Virus record (IMG/VR): IMGVR_UViG_3300009481_004294
Source of the DNA: a virus
Reading direction: 5' to 3' (one strand)
Length of the DNA stretch: 64,000 bases
Below, in pieces: positions 17,856 to 28,416 of the stretch. The notes beneath the pieces were generated by a model. It ran no database searches. It was not told the DNA's origin and saw only the letters and a program-made list of their open reading frames with translations. The first letter of the stretch is position 1; the number at the start of each line of letters is the position of its first letter. The position numbers were made by a program, and so were the translations under genes.

Positions 17856-20800
17856 TATGTCTATCGAAACAAATTTAATAGCAAATACAAATAGTGCAAC
17901 AGCCACTACAGTTTATACTTCATCAGGAGAGTCTGCAGTTACAACAATATTTTTTTGTAATACAGATTCTTCTGCTATTGATGTAACATGTTGGATTGTT
18001 CCTAATGGTGACACATTGGGAGATGAACACATGATAATGAAAGAATTAACAATAAATGCAACTGATACTTTTGCTTTTGGAAGTGAAAGAATTTTAATGG
18101 GAGCAAGCGATACTATTCAAGCAATCGCTGATACAGTAGATAAAGTTTCAGTAGTAATTAGCTATACGAGTATTTAATTAATGGCACTATTTCTTAAAGG
18201 CGAATACGCAGATTATAGTTTAAAAGAGAAAACAACTTCTGGTTCCGCTGGCTCTGCTGGATCTGCGGGGAGTGCTGGATCTGCAGGTTCTGCTGGTTCT
18301 GCAGGATCGTCTGGATTGACATATGCTTCATCTGGAAGCTCTGGCTCTGCGGGTTCTGCAGGGAGTGCTGGATCTTCTGGACAAGATGGTAGTTCTTTTG
18401 TTCATACTCAATCTTCAGCTTCACTTGTCTGGTTGATAACTCATGGTTTAGGAACTAGACCAGTAAATATAGAAGTTGTTGATGATAATTATAATGTTAT
18501 TATACCAGAATCTATTCAATTTATTGATGGAAATAATGTAAAAATAGTATTTACTTCTTCACAAGCAGGATATGCCGCCATAACTTATGGACAGGGTTCT
18601 TCTGGAACTTCTGGTTCTGCAGGAACTTCTGGTTCTTCGGGAATGGGTGGAACTGCTGGATCATCTGGATCTACTGGTTCTACAGGAAGTGCTGGCTCTG
18701 CAGGATCATCTGGCTCTGCGGGAAGTGCAGGAAGTTCTGGGAGTGCTGGTTCTTCTGGTTCTGCAGGAACTTCTGGAACTACTGGAACTTCTGGAACTGC
18801 AGGAACATCTGGACAAGATGGAAATTTTGGTGGTCAATCTTTTGAATATGATTTTGAAAATACAACATTTACAGGCGCCGCAAGTGATCCAGGTTCTGGT
18901 AAACTTGTAGTAGGAATTGATACTGGATCTGCACCTACAGATTTTTCTACAGTTGATAGAATTTCTATGAGTGAAGCTGATGTAAATGGTACATCAACTG
19001 AAAGTTTTCTAGATCAAGTTGATGGTGCAACATCCGCAATTAAAGGACATGTAAGAATATCGAAAAAATTTGATACAAGTACGTATGTAATGTTTACTAT
19101 CTCGGATGTTACTAATGATTCGGGTTTTCAAGAAATAGAAGTTTCGAAAATAGGAGGACAAACTGCATTATTTGATGATGATGAAGACATAATTGTTACA
19201 TTTGCAAGAACTGGTGATGCTGGAACTTCTGGAACATCTGGTTCTTCAGGAAGTGCTGGTTCTGCAGGATCATCTGGCTCTGCGGGAAGTGCTGGCTCAT
19301 CTGGATCCGCTGGCTCTGCGGGAAGTGCGGGTAGTGCTGGAAGTGCTGGTTCTGCTGGAAGTGCTGGCTCTGCAGGAAGTGCTGGTTCTTCGGGGGCAGG
19401 AGGAACACACGGAACTGCAGGTAGTGCTGGATCTGCTGGTTCATCTGGATCTGCAGGAAGTGCTGGCTCTGCGGGTTCTGCAGGAAGTGCTGGATCTTCT
19501 GGACAAGATGGCGGATCTTATATTCATACTCAATCTTCAGCTTCACTTGTCTGGTTTATACCTTATAATTTAAATACTAGGCCTGTAAATATAGAAGTTG
19601 TTGATGATAATTATAATGTAATTTATCCAGAATCTATTCAATATATTGATTCAAATAATGTAAAAATAGTATTTCCTACTACTCAAGCAGGATATGCGGC
19701 GGTAACTTTTGGTGAAGGATCGTCTGGATCATCTGGTTCGTCTGGATTGACTTATGCTTCATCTGGATCATCTGGTACTTCTGGATCATCTGGGAGTGCT
19801 GGTTCTTCAGGAAGTGCTGGATCTGCTGGTTCCGCTGGCTCATCTGGATCCGCTGGCTCTGCAGGAAGTGCTGGTTCATCTGGCTCTGCAGGAAGTGCTG
19901 GAAGTGCTGGAAGTGCAGGAAGTGCTGGCTCTGCAGGAAGTGCTGGCTCTGCTGGTTCTGCGGGCTCTTCTGGATACACTTATGCTTCATCTGGTTCATC
20001 TGGCTCTGCGGGAAGTGCTGGTTCTGCAGGATCATCTGGTTCGTCAGGAACTACTGGAACTTCTGGAACATCTGGTTCTTCAGGAAGTGCTGGTTCTGCA
20101 GGATCATCTGGCTCTGCGGGAAGTGCTGGTTCTGCTGGATCCGCTGGCTCTGCAGGAAGTGCTGGAAGTGCTGGTTCATCTGGTTCTGCTGGTTCTTCAG
20201 GAAGTGCTGGAAGTGCAGGAAGTGCTGGCTCTACAGGAAGTGCTGGATCCGCTGGCTCTGCAGGGAGTGCTGGATCATCCGGTCGTGATGGTGGATCTTA
20301 CATTCATACACAATCTACACCTGCAATTGTTTGGTTAATACCTTATAATTTAGGAACTCGACCTGTAAATATAGAAGTTGTTGATACTAATTATAATGTT
20401 ATTGTACCAGAATCCACTCAATATGTTGATTCTAATACTGTAAAAATAATTTTTCCCATTGCTCAAGCAGGATTTGCCGCAATAACTTTTGGTGAAGGAT
20501 CGTCTGGAACTTCTGGATCTTCAGGAACTTCTGGATCTTCAGGAACTTCTGGATCGTCTGGACAAGATGGAAACTTTGGTGGTGCATCTTTTCAATATGT
20601 TTTTGAAGATACTTCATTTACAGGATCAGCAAGTGATCCTGGTTCTGGAAGACTTGAAGTAGGTATTGATACTGGATCTGCACCAACTGATTTCTCTACA
20701 GTTAATAGACTTTCTATAAGTGAAACAGATTCAAATGGTGCCGATACTGAAAGTTTTCTAGATCAAGTTGATGCATCATCTTCAGCAATTAAAGGTCATA

Positions 20801-22210
20801 TAAGATTGGCCGCACTATTTGATGCTGGTCAATATGTAATGTTTACAGTTGGTGATCTTACGAATGCAGGAGATTATCAAGAAATAGAAGTTACAAAGAT
20901 TGGTGGACAAGACGCATTTTTTGCTGATGATGCTGATATACTTTTTACAGTTGCAAGAACTGGTGATGTTGGTACCTCAGGAACTTCTGGATCGTCTGGT
21001 AGTTCTGGATCTGCTGGCTCTGCGGGTTCTGCTGGAAGTGCTGGATCTGCTGGCTCTGCAGGAAGTGCTGGATCCGCTGGCTCTGCAGGAAGTTCTGGAA
21101 GTGCTGGCTCATCTGGCTCTGCAGGAAGTGCAGGTTCTGCAGGAAGTGCAGGAAGTGCAGGTACTGCTGGAAGTGCTGGAAGTGCTGGCTCTGCAGGAAG
21201 TGCTGGATCATCTGGTCGTGATGGCGGATCTTTTCTTCATACTCAATCTACACCTGCACTTGTTTGGTTAATAAGTCACGCTTTAAATATTAGACCTCTA
21301 AATGTAGAAATTACTGATACTAATTTTAATATAATTATTCCAGAATCAATTCAATTTATTGATTCTAATACTGTAAAAGTTATTTTTCCCACTACTCAAG
21401 CAGGATATGCGGCACTTACTTTTGGTGAAGGATCGTCTGGAACTTCTGGTTCATCTGGATTGACTTATGCTTCATCTGGTTCTTCTGGAACTGCAGGAAC
21501 TACTGGCTCTGCGGGTTCATCTGGATCGTCTGGTTCTGCTGGAAGTGCTGGTTCTGCAGGGAGTGCTGGCTCTGCTGGAAGTGCTGGAAGTGCTGGATCG
21601 TCTGGTTCTGCAGGAAGTTCTGGTTCTGCTGGCTCTGCAGGATCGTCTGGTTTAACTTATGCTTCATCTGGTTCATCGGGTTCTTCTGGAGAAACTGGAA
21701 CTGCTGGATCGTCTGGTTCTGCAGGAAGTTCTGGTTCTGCTGGCTCTGCAGGAAGTGCTGGATCATCTGGATCTGCAGGAAGTACAGGAAGTGCTGGCTC
21801 TGCAGGAAGTGCTGGATCGTCTGGTTCTGCAGGAAGTTCTGGTTCTTCAGGAAGTGCAGGGAGTGCTGGAACATCTGGAACAGATGGAACTGATGGAAAT
21901 GCTGGCGGTGCTTACATTCATACTCAATCTTCAGCCGCACTTGTCTGGTTGATAACTCATGGTTTAAATACTAGACCTTTAAATATCGAAGTTGTTGATG
22001 GTAATTATAATGTTATTATACCAGAATCTACTCAATATATTGATTCTAATACTGTAAAAATAATTTTTCCCACTACTCAAGCAGGATATGCTGGTCTCAC
22101 ACACGGAGAAGGATCTTCTGGAACATCTGGTACTTCTGGACTAACTTATGCTTCATCTGGATCTGCAGGAAGTGCTGGATCTGCAGGGACTTCTGGTGTT
22201 TCTGGAAGTC
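13300..22210 (+). repeat. Coding 9-bp-period repeats (ggntcngcn / ggnagtgcn) encoding Gly-Ser-Ala/Ser/Thr triplets, interspersed with globular modules
   Basis: Visible in both DNA and protein across both fibre genes; third codon positions vary. Confidence 0.9.
17857..18177 (+). CDS. Small virion structural protein (fibre-associated)
   Basis: 106 aa, beta-rich; TTVYTS...FCN...L..GDTIQA..D pattern; sits between the two fibre genes. Confidence 0.6.
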   Translation: MSIETNLIANTNSATATTVYTSSGESAVTTIFFCNTDSSAIDVTCWIVPNGDTLGDEHMIMKELTINATDTFAFGSERILMGASDTIQAIADTVDKVSVVISYTSI

Positions 22211-22911
22211 TTCCAGCAGGAGGTGCTGGTCAAATTCAATATTATGCAACATCATCTACTCTTGGAGCGTATTCTGGATTTCTTGTAGATGATGTTACAA
22301 CTCCAACTCAGATAGCCATGAATTTTCCAATTTACTCTTCAAGTGGTGCAACTGGATTAGCTAATCTTAAAGTACATGGAACATCTGGACTTGATGGAGC
22401 AACTACAGTAGGGGGGACTTTAACTACAGTAGATATTCTTCCTTCTGCAAATAATACGAGTGATGTTGGTTCAGCAACAATGGTTTATAATGACATGTAT
22501 GCAGTTACATTTAACGGAAGAGCAACTTCAGCAAACTGGTCTGACTTGGCCGAGAGATATGAATCAGATAAAATATATGAACCAGGAACTGTTTTAGCAG
22601 TAGGAGGAACAAAAGAGGTCACATTATATCAAGTTGACATGCCTTATGCTGGTGTTGTTTCAGATAAACCTGGATTGAGAATGAATGATGGTATGATACA
22701 AAGAGAAAATGAATTTATGCTTTTTATTTGTTTGAAAGGAAGAATATTAGTTAAGATTGAGGGAGGATGTAATAAAGGAGATTTTATTATAGCTTATAAA
22801 GATGGAACTGGAAAAGTTATAACTAAATATGAATATGAACCACACAAACATGATTTAATTGGAATAGCATTAACTAATAGTAATGGTGATTTTGTAGAAG
22901 TAAAAGTATGA
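18181..22911 (+). CDS. Giant fibre protein 2 (1576 aa): Gly-Ser-Ala tracts, modules A-B-A-A-B-A-A, C-terminal chaperone/autocleavage-like domain
   Basis: Same A (x5) and B (x2) modules as fibre 1. C-terminal DLAERY...YEPGTVL.VGG...GVVSDKPG...LKGRI.VK resembles intramolecular-chaperone (peptidase G2-like) fibre tips. Confidence 0.8.
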   Translation: MALFLKGEYADYSLKEKTTSGSAGSAGSAGSAGSAGSAGSAGSSGLTYASSGSSGSAGSAGSAGSSGQDGSSFVHTQSSASLVWLITHGLGTRPVNIEVVDDNYNVIIPESIQFIDGNNVKIVFTSSQAGYAAITYGQGSSGTSGSAGTSGSSGMGGTAGSSGSTGSTGSAGSAGSSGSAGSAGSSGSAGSSGSAGTSGTTGTSGTAGTSGQDGNFGGQSFEYDFENTTFTGAASDPGSGKLVVGIDTGSAPTDFSTVDRISMSEADVNGTSTESFLDQVDGATSAIKGHVRISKKFDTSTYVMFTISDVTNDSGFQEIEVSKIGGQTALFDDDEDIIVTFARTGDAGTSGTSGSSGSAGSAGSSGSAGSAGSSGSAGSAGSAGSAGSAGSAGSAGSAGSAGSSGAGGTHGTAGSAGSAGSSGSAGSAGSAGSAGSAGSSGQDGGSYIHTQSSASLVWFIPYNLNTRPVNIEVVDDNYNVIYPESIQYIDSNNVKIVFPTTQAGYAAVTFGEGSSGSSGSSGLTYASSGSSGTSGSSGSAGSSGSAGSAGSAGSSGSAGSAGSAGSSGSAGSAGSAGSAGSAGSAGSAGSAGSAGSSGYTYASSGSSGSAGSAGSAGSSGSSGTTGTSGTSGSSGSAGSAGSSGSAGSAGSAGSAGSAGSAGSAGSSGSAGSSGSAGSAGSAGSTGSAGSAGSAGSAGSSGRDGGSYIHTQSTPAIVWLIPYNLGTRPVNIEVVDTNYNVIVPESTQYVDSNTVKIIFPIAQAGFAAITFGEGSSGTSGSSGTSGSSGTSGSSGQDGNFGGASFQYVFEDTSFTGSASDPGSGRLEVGIDTGSAPTDFSTVNRLSISETDSNGADTESFLDQVDASSSAIKGHIRLAALFDAGQYVMFTVGDLTNAGDYQEIEVTKIGGQDAFFADDADILFTVARTGDVGTSGTSGSSGSSGSAGSAGSAGSAGSAGSAGSAGSAGSAGSSGSAGSSGSAGSAGSAGSAGSAGTAGSAGSAGSAGSAGSSGRDGGSFLHTQSTPALVWLISHALNIRPLNVEITDTNFNIIIPESIQFIDSNTVKVIFPTTQAGYAALTFGEGSSGTSGSSGLTYASSGSSGTAGTTGSAGSSGSSGSAGSAGSAGSAGSAGSAGSAGSSGSAGSSGSAGSAGSSGLTYASSGSSGSSGETGTAGSSGSAGSSGSAGSAGSAGSSGSAGSTGSAGSAGSAGSSGSAGSSGSSGSAGSAGTSGTDGTDGNAGGAYIHTQSSAALVWLITHGLNTRPLNIEVVDGNYNVIIPESTQYIDSNTVKIIFPTTQAGYAGLTHGEGSSGTSGTSGLTYASSGSAGSAGSAGTSGVSGSLPAGGAGQIQYYATSSTLGAYSGFLVDDVTTPTQIAMNFPIYSSSGATGLANLKVHGTSGLDGATTVGGTLTTVDILPSANNTSDVGSATMVYNDMYAVTFNGRATSANWSDLAERYESDKIYEPGTVLAVGGTKEVTLYQVDMPYAGVVSDKPGLRMNDGMIQRENEFMLFICLKGRILVKIEGGCNKGDFIIAYKDGTGKVITKYEYEPHKHDLIGIALTNSNGDFVEVKV

Positions 22912-22928
22912 TATAGAAAGAAAGCAAT

Positions 22929-23471
22929 ATGTCTAGTGAACAACAGGGTGAACATGCAAAAAATGTAGATGCTCTTTTTAATGAAGAAAGAGGAGCCTGT
23001 TATAGAAAAATTTCAGATTCACCATGGTGGTCTGATTTAGATTTTGAAAGCGAACAAGATGAAGATTTAATGTTTATTGAACTTTGGTCTTCAGTAGTTA
23101 CTAATGAACACTATAAAGCATATAGAGTGATAACTTCACAAGGTATAGAAGATGATGATCCAGAAAGAGAAAATTTAATAAAAGAATTTAGTGAACCAGG
23201 TCCAGATTTTGTTCATCCAAGCGTTTTTGTTAGAGGAAGAATATTAAATGATTTTGAATCATTATCTGTTAAATATGGAGAAGACACATTCGAAACTTAT
23301 ATAAAAAAATTGTATAATGATTATCCCGTGCCTGAAGATCAAGAAACTTTAAATTGGGTTACAGAAAATAATAAAAATCCTGATTTTTTACTTAATCATA
23401 AATGGAAGATTTTATCTGAATTATTGAGTTCAATTCATAATTATTGTGCGAATAAAGGAATATCATTATGA
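22929..23471 (+). CDS. Hypothetical acidic protein
   Basis: 180-aa ORF immediately after fibre 2; overlaps the next gene by ATGA. Confidence 0.6.
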   Translation: MSSEQQGEHAKNVDALFNEERGACYRKISDSPWWSDLDFESEQDEDLMFIELWSSVVTNEHYKAYRVITSQGIEDDDPERENLIKEFSEPGPDFVHPSVFVRGRILNDFESLSVKYGEDTFETYIKKLYNDYPVPEDQETLNWVTENNKNPDFLLNHKWKILSELLSSIHNYCANKGISL

Positions 23472-24052
23472 CTCAAACTGAAAGAATGCGTGTTTTTAAA
23501 AAGGCTTGGGTAAAAACAATTGAAAGAACATTGTATTCTCCGAATATTTCAGCAAATGCTATAGGAGCTGGTATGTTTCTAGGTGAAGTTTCTATGCAAT
23601 TATTTCCAGATAATAATTTAACTGAAAAATTAGACTTTTCTGTTGGGGAAAAATATGTTGATATGAGATCATTAAAGCACGATATAATTAATTTGACAGG
23701 ATCAGAAATAATTCCTTTTACAAGTGCAAATGATTTAACTGAATCTATGCGTGGATCTAGTGCATTATATCTTCATGGTGAGAATTCTAGATTACTTAAA
23801 AAATTAGGAACTCAAATTAATGCATGTGTTCATTTAGGCAATGGTTATTTTATTGATAATATGACAGGTAGTTCATTTACTTGGGATGGATATAAATATG
23901 ATAATGAATTTGAACCTAGATTATTATGGTGGACAAAGATTCATTATAATCCAACAATACATATAAATGGTATGTATTGTAGGCCTAACAATTTAGGAGA
24001 TAATAATGATGAAATTGTGTGGAGAGATTTTTGGGATGGAATATGCCCTTAG
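23468..24052 (+). CDS. Hypothetical protein (weak NlpC/P60-like C-terminal motif)
   Basis: Coupled ORF; NACVHLGNGYFID resembles HVGIYLGNGxFIH but lacks the His. Confidence 0.5.
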   Translation: MTQTERMRVFKKAWVKTIERTLYSPNISANAIGAGMFLGEVSMQLFPDNNLTEKLDFSVGEKYVDMRSLKHDIINLTGSEIIPFTSANDLTESMRGSSALYLHGENSRLLKKLGTQINACVHLGNGYFIDNMTGSSFTWDGYKYDNEFEPRLLWWTKIHYNPTIHINGMYCRPNNLGDNNDEIVWRDFWDGICP

Positions 24053-24423
24053 ATCCTGAAAATAAACTAGAAATAATAGTAAATTTAAGTGTAGCAAATA
24101 ATGCGTTTGTTATTACAAGTGATATTGAACCTGTTCCTGATATGACTTTTTTTGATCATATTAGAATATTTTCTGATCATTTGACTGGTTGGGTAGAACC
24201 CAAATCGGATAATTCACATAAATTAGATTTAACTCTTACGAGTAATAATTATTCGATTCCCAAATATGTATCTTGCGGAGGACAATGGGGCGAAGCACAT
24301 TATTGGCATTTTGAATTTAATAATTCAATATATCATGATGTAATAACTATATTAGACAATAATAATATTTCATATACAGAAGTGTCAAATACAACTCCTG
24401 TGCATGTACGATTGAAATCTTAG
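24043..24423 (+). CDS. Hypothetical protein
   Basis: ATG at 24043 is preferred over the track start at 24019; overlaps the upstream stop. Confidence 0.6.
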   Translation: MPLDPENKLEIIVNLSVANNAFVITSDIEPVPDMTFFDHIRIFSDHLTGWVEPKSDNSHKLDLTLTSNNYSIPKYVSCGGQWGEAHYWHFEFNNSIYHDVITILDNNNISYTEVSNTTPVHVRLKS

Positions 24424-24430
24424 GAATTAT

Positions 24431-25024
24431 ATGGCTGGACCCTTAGCATGTCCTACAAATTTGACTAATCTTGCTTCTCAATTAAATGATTTAGTTGAGC
24501 AGTCTGATATTAATACAATGAGAACTTCTATCAATGATGAATTGACTAGAAGATCCATAACTAATGAAACTTGGGATCCTTATGCCGATCCAATCGCCGC
24601 ATCAATATTTGATGAAATACAACTCGCAGTTGAATATAATTTAGGAGGAACTACACCAACAACAGGTGTACCAATTCAACCAACTGTTTCTGCAGGTGAT
24701 CTAATTTTAGCATCTCAAATTGAAACGTTAGAATCTAATCTTGATGAATGGAAAGTTTTATGCGTATGCAATTGTAATTTCTGTCCATGTAATTGTGACT
24801 TTTGTCCTTGTAACTGTGATTTCTGCCCATGTAATTGTGACTTTTGTCCTTGTAACTGTAATTTTTGTCCGTGTAATTGTAACTTTTGCCCATGTAATTG
24901 CAATTTTTGTCCATGTAACTGTAATTTCTGTCCTTGTAACTGTAATTTCTGTCCTTGCAACTGTAACTTTTGCCCTTGTAATTGTAACTTCTGTCCGTGT
25001 AACTGTAACTTCGGTCCAAAATAG
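24431..25024 (+). CDS. Cys-rich heptad-repeat protein; putative radical-SAM substrate (RiPP-like precursor or virion protein)
   Basis: AGGA RBS; ~110-aa N-terminal region, then CV plus 11 x CNC(N/D)FCP plus CNCNFGPK; directly upstream of three rSAM genes. Confidence 0.85.
   Translation: MAGPLACPTNLTNLASQLNDLVEQSDINTMRTSINDELTRRSITNETWDPYADPIAASIFDEIQLAVEYNLGGTTPTTGVPIQPTVSAGDLILASQIETLESNLDEWKVLCVCNCNFCPCNCDFCPCNCDFCPCNCDFCPCNCNFCPCNCNFCPCNCNFCPCNCNFCPCNCNFCPCNCNFCPCNCNFCPCNCNFGPK
24767..25021 (+). repeat. 12 tandem 21-bp coding repeats (tgY aaY tgY RaY ttY tgY ccN)
   Basis: Read codon by codon. Units 2-4 have Asp; all other variation is synonymous except the terminal GPK. Confidence 0.95.
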
Positions 25025-25033
25025 AGAAATAAT

Positions 25034-26320
25034 ATGACTCAATCACACAACTTAGAAACTGTAGCTCCAAATCAAATGTATACACCACCAAGTACAGGGT
25101 GGTCTCCTCCACAACAGCAACAGAAGAATAATGGAGGAATGCCTGGCTTTAATCCAATGCAGAGTTTTAATTTCGATGTAAACGTAACAAGTGAATGTAA
25201 TCTTGCTTGTACTTACTGTTCAGAAGGAGAATCTTGTGGTCTTTCTTCTGCTTTTCAAGAGCCCACAGAAATGACTCCTGTGCAAGTAGTTGAAGCAGTA
25301 AGAACCTTAGATTATAACAAATATAAAGATGTAAATGTTTATTGGTGGGGAGGAGAACCTTTTGCCAATTTTCATTTTACAAGTACTTGTATGAAATTAT
25401 TGAAAGATGATAAAAAAGTTAATTTCATGTATTATACAAATGGTACTTATCTGAAAAAATATAAAAAACAACTTAAAGGTATTAGAGATATGCTTGGTAA
25501 GAGAATTGATTATCCTTGGCAAGATAGATTACATATACAAATTTCTTTTGATGGTGAGCCTATTAATACAAAAGAAAGAAGAACAAAAAAAGGCGAAAGT
25601 AAAAAATTATCGGCATCTGTTCTTAAAATATATGATGAGTTGAAAAAAGATGGATTTTCTGTAGGAATGAAACCTACTATCTCATCACGAAATTTTAAAT
25701 ATCTTTTTGAAGTTTGGAAGTGGCATCATGATCGAGGAGAACATTATGGACCTACTCCTGATACCCATAGTGTGGATCCAGATAGACCTGATGGCGCAGT
25801 TCCAGAAGAAGAATTTGCACAACACATGAAAGATTTAAGAGTGAATTTAATGAAAATTGTCAAATATAGCATGGAGAATAAAATAGAATTAGCACAATCT
25901 TTTAGATGGTTTAAGAGAGAAAAACAAAATTGTTCAGCAGGAATAAATTATCTATCATTGGATCTTGATGGTAAAACTTACCCATGTCATGGTTGTATGT
26001 ATCGACAAAGGGAAGATCATCATAGAGGAGATATTAAATCTAATACTTTACAAAAACTTGTTGATGAAACAACTGCGACATATCAATCATATTTAAATGA
26101 TTTTAGAACAGATGGTACCTTAGCATGTAATAGTTGTACTGCAGATTTTTGTTTAAAATGTCCAGCGGGATCTTTTGATGCATCAGATACAAAATATCCA
26201 GAAAAAACAGTAGGTGAAAAATGGCAAGATCATACTGCAAATCATCAATTATGTACTGTATGGAAAACCTTAGAACCCGTATCTAAAGCATATAGACAAT
26301 TAACAGGACATCAATTATGA
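25034..26320 (+). CDS. Radical SAM/SPASM enzyme 1
   Basis: CNLACTYC (CxxxCxxC), GGEP, SFDG, SPASM-type CSAG...DG..YPC and CNSC...CLKC...LC. Confidence 0.92.
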   Translation: MTQSHNLETVAPNQMYTPPSTGWSPPQQQQKNNGGMPGFNPMQSFNFDVNVTSECNLACTYCSEGESCGLSSAFQEPTEMTPVQVVEAVRTLDYNKYKDVNVYWWGGEPFANFHFTSTCMKLLKDDKKVNFMYYTNGTYLKKYKKQLKGIRDMLGKRIDYPWQDRLHIQISFDGEPINTKERRTKKGESKKLSASVLKIYDELKKDGFSVGMKPTISSRNFKYLFEVWKWHHDRGEHYGPTPDTHSVDPDRPDGAVPEEEFAQHMKDLRVNLMKIVKYSMENKIELAQSFRWFKREKQNCSAGINYLSLDLDGKTYPCHGCMYRQREDHHRGDIKSNTLQKLVDETTATYQSYLNDFRTDGTLACNSCTADFCLKCPAGSFDASDTKYPEKTVGEKWQDHTANHQLCTVWKTLEPVSKAYRQLTGHQL

Positions 26321-26532
26321 TAATAGGTGATCCTAAAAAGTGCCCAATAGCACTTTCTGATGGATGTACAACTTGTAGTAAAATTTATAGTGGGGAAGAT
26401 AGAGTGGAATTTGGTAATTGTCAAGAAGAACCTATTAAAATTAATTTTCATATGAAATTTAAAGATCAATTAACTGAGCAACAAAGAAAACAATCTGGTA
26501 GAGATCCTTGGAAGGAATTACAATATGCCTGA
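26317..26532 (+). CDS. Small Cys-containing hypothetical protein
   Basis: 71 aa, overlaps both rSAM1 and rSAM2; C-x7-CTTC...C. Confidence 0.55.
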   Translation: MIIGDPKKCPIALSDGCTTCSKIYSGEDRVEFGNCQEEPIKINFHMKFKDQLTEQQRKQSGRDPWKELQYA

Positions 26533-27751
26533 ATATCATTTAGAAGTGTCAGTAACAGAAAAATGTAATCTTGGTTGTCCATATTGTTATGTTGCAAATC
26601 AAGACAAATTTATGACACCTGAAGTGTTTGATAAAGCATGGCCTGAATTTATAAAGTTAGTAGATAGATCAAAGGCTGATGCTAGAGGAAGATTTCATTT
26701 AACATTTTTTGGTGGTGAACCTCTTTTAAATATGCCATTAATTAAACACGCTACAAAAAAATTAAGAGGAGGCGAACATTCTGATAGACTTCATGCATTA
26801 TCAATTATTTCAAATATGACATTAATAAATGATGAGATTGCTGATTGGTTAGAAGAAAATCGAGTAGGAATAAGTTGGAGTTTTGATGGAATATCTTCAA
26901 ATGAGTCTAGACCTGTAATTAAAAATATGGGAGAAAATAAAGGATATTCAAGTGTGTTTGAAATGTATAATGAAAAACAGCATTTGATTAGAAGACTGAC
27001 AAAATATAGTAAGACATGTAAAGTGATGATTTTTCCTGCTAATGTTGATGCAATGACAGAAAATTTTGAATTTTTAGTTGATTTTGGAATTCCTTGTCCA
27101 GATTTTTCTATTGTAAGAGATGATATTTGGTCTATTGATGATTTACAACATTTTAGAAGAGAGGTTAGAAGATTAGCAGATAAACAAATAGAATATCTTT
27201 CTAAAGGAATTTTAGCAGTTAATGGAATGTTTAATTTACCATTACAAGATATGTTATTGGGTATTACTAAAAACAAGAGACCATTTGGATGTTTTGCAGG
27301 AGTGAGCGGTTCAGTTATGTCAGTAGAAGGAGAATTTTATCCATGTGCTAGATTTGGATCTAAAAAAGTTTTACCTATGAAAGGAGATGAATATAATTTT
27401 TCATATTTTCAACATATTTTTAATCCTAAAACATATAATAAATGTAAGGGGTGTGATCTATATAAAGTATGTAATGCAGGTTGTACATATTCGCAGATAA
27501 GAAATGGAAATACACCTGTAGATTCTATTTGTGAATTATTTCATATGTACTATGATGAAGCAATAAGAATTGTTGAAGAGTGTAAAGATTTTCCAACATT
27601 TCAAGATTATATTGGAAAATTATTTAAGGGTCGAGGAGACTTTTATACTCCTTTTGAAATAGAGGAAAAGAAAGATTTATTTTCTATGCTAGAAGTTTCA
27701 CAGATGAAACATAGTGAACATCAATCATTTGTGGAATCATTACCAGCATGA
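26525..27751 (+). CDS. Radical SAM/SPASM enzyme 2
   Basis: CNLGCPYC, FFGGEPLLN, SFDG, SPASM CFAG...G..YPC.RF and CKGC....CNAGC...IC. Confidence 0.93.
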   Translation: MPEYHLEVSVTEKCNLGCPYCYVANQDKFMTPEVFDKAWPEFIKLVDRSKADARGRFHLTFFGGEPLLNMPLIKHATKKLRGGEHSDRLHALSIISNMTLINDEIADWLEENRVGISWSFDGISSNESRPVIKNMGENKGYSSVFEMYNEKQHLIRRLTKYSKTCKVMIFPANVDAMTENFEFLVDFGIPCPDFSIVRDDIWSIDDLQHFRREVRRLADKQIEYLSKGILAVNGMFNLPLQDMLLGITKNKRPFGCFAGVSGSVMSVEGEFYPCARFGSKKVLPMKGDEYNFSYFQHIFNPKTYNKCKGCDLYKVCNAGCTYSQIRNGNTPVDSICELFHMYYDEAIRIVEECKDFPTFQDYIGKLFKGRGDFYTPFEIEEKKDLFSMLEVSQMKHSEHQSFVESLPA

Positions 27752-28416
27752 TATTTGATAAACCTGTAATAGATCCAAGAGTTAACCAAGGAGATGGACC
27801 ACCAAAATATATTCCTGGTCAATTATTAGATAAAAAAGATTTAACAGTATATCAACATAAAGATACTACAATGGTTGTTTTAGATTATGATCAAAAAATT
27901 AATGTTGATGTGATGAATGAAGTTTTATATAGAACTATAGAGGGTGGAGCAATAAGAAAAAATGAATATGTAATTATAGTATCTAAAAAACAATTAAATA
28001 GAAAAATGTTTAGAAATGTAATAGATAAAATTCTATATTCACAAGATTTGAGATATGATTATATGTCAAGTCTTCCAAAGAATTTACATAATAATGTAAT
28101 AGATTTTAAAGATACTAAAGAATTAACGGGGGACTTAAATAAATCTACATACGAAGAAGAAGGCACTTTAAGTTGGGAATTACTTAGTCCGGTTGAACAA
28201 GGTTGTATAATATTTGAACAATTTTATGGTGATGATCCTGAAATTGTCGCAGGTAAAAATATAAGTGCTGAAGAATGGATATCTGCAAATAGAAATGTTT
28301 GGCATCTTGTAGATAGAGCAACAGATGAACAGAGAAAAGAGTGGTTAGAAAAGTTCTATAGATATAAAAAAGTGTATGATACATTTCCAACCGCACCACT
28401 TATTACGGAGCCATAA
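27748..28416 (+). CDS. Hypothetical protein in the rSAM cluster
   Basis: 222-aa ORF with ATGA and TAATG coupling on each side. Confidence 0.6.
   Translation: MIFDKPVIDPRVNQGDGPPKYIPGQLLDKKDLTVYQHKDTTMVVLDYDQKINVDVMNEVLYRTIEGGAIRKNEYVIIVSKKQLNRKMFRNVIDKILYSQDLRYDYMSSLPKNLHNNVIDFKDTKELTGDLNKSTYEEEGTLSWELLSPVEQGCIIFEQFYGDDPEIVAGKNISAEEWISANRNVWHLVDRATDEQRKEWLEKFYRYKKVYDTFPTAPLITEP

Noticed and set aside
14002-21952. Alternative-frame ORFs over the fibres (Leu/Gln-rich, Trp/Cys-rich such as CWICWFCWKC, Gln/His-rich, and PAEPAL on minus)
   Set aside because: They are frame and strand shadows of the 9-bp GSA repeats; the Cys/Trp-rich ones are not RiPP precursors.
12816-22911. Diversity-generating retroelement acting on the fibres
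   Set aside because: No reverse transcriptase and no adenine-specific template/variable repeat pair seen in this window.
24767-25021. Possible CRISPR array
   Set aside because: The repeats are contiguous, degenerate at codon third positions and lack spacers; no cas genes are present.
24715-25112. Overlapping ORFs (VTVISV, TRTKVT, QLQGQK, YSYKDR repeats)
   Set aside because: Shadows of the 21-bp repeat. Only the CNCNFCP frame shows synonymous-only variation and has an RBS.
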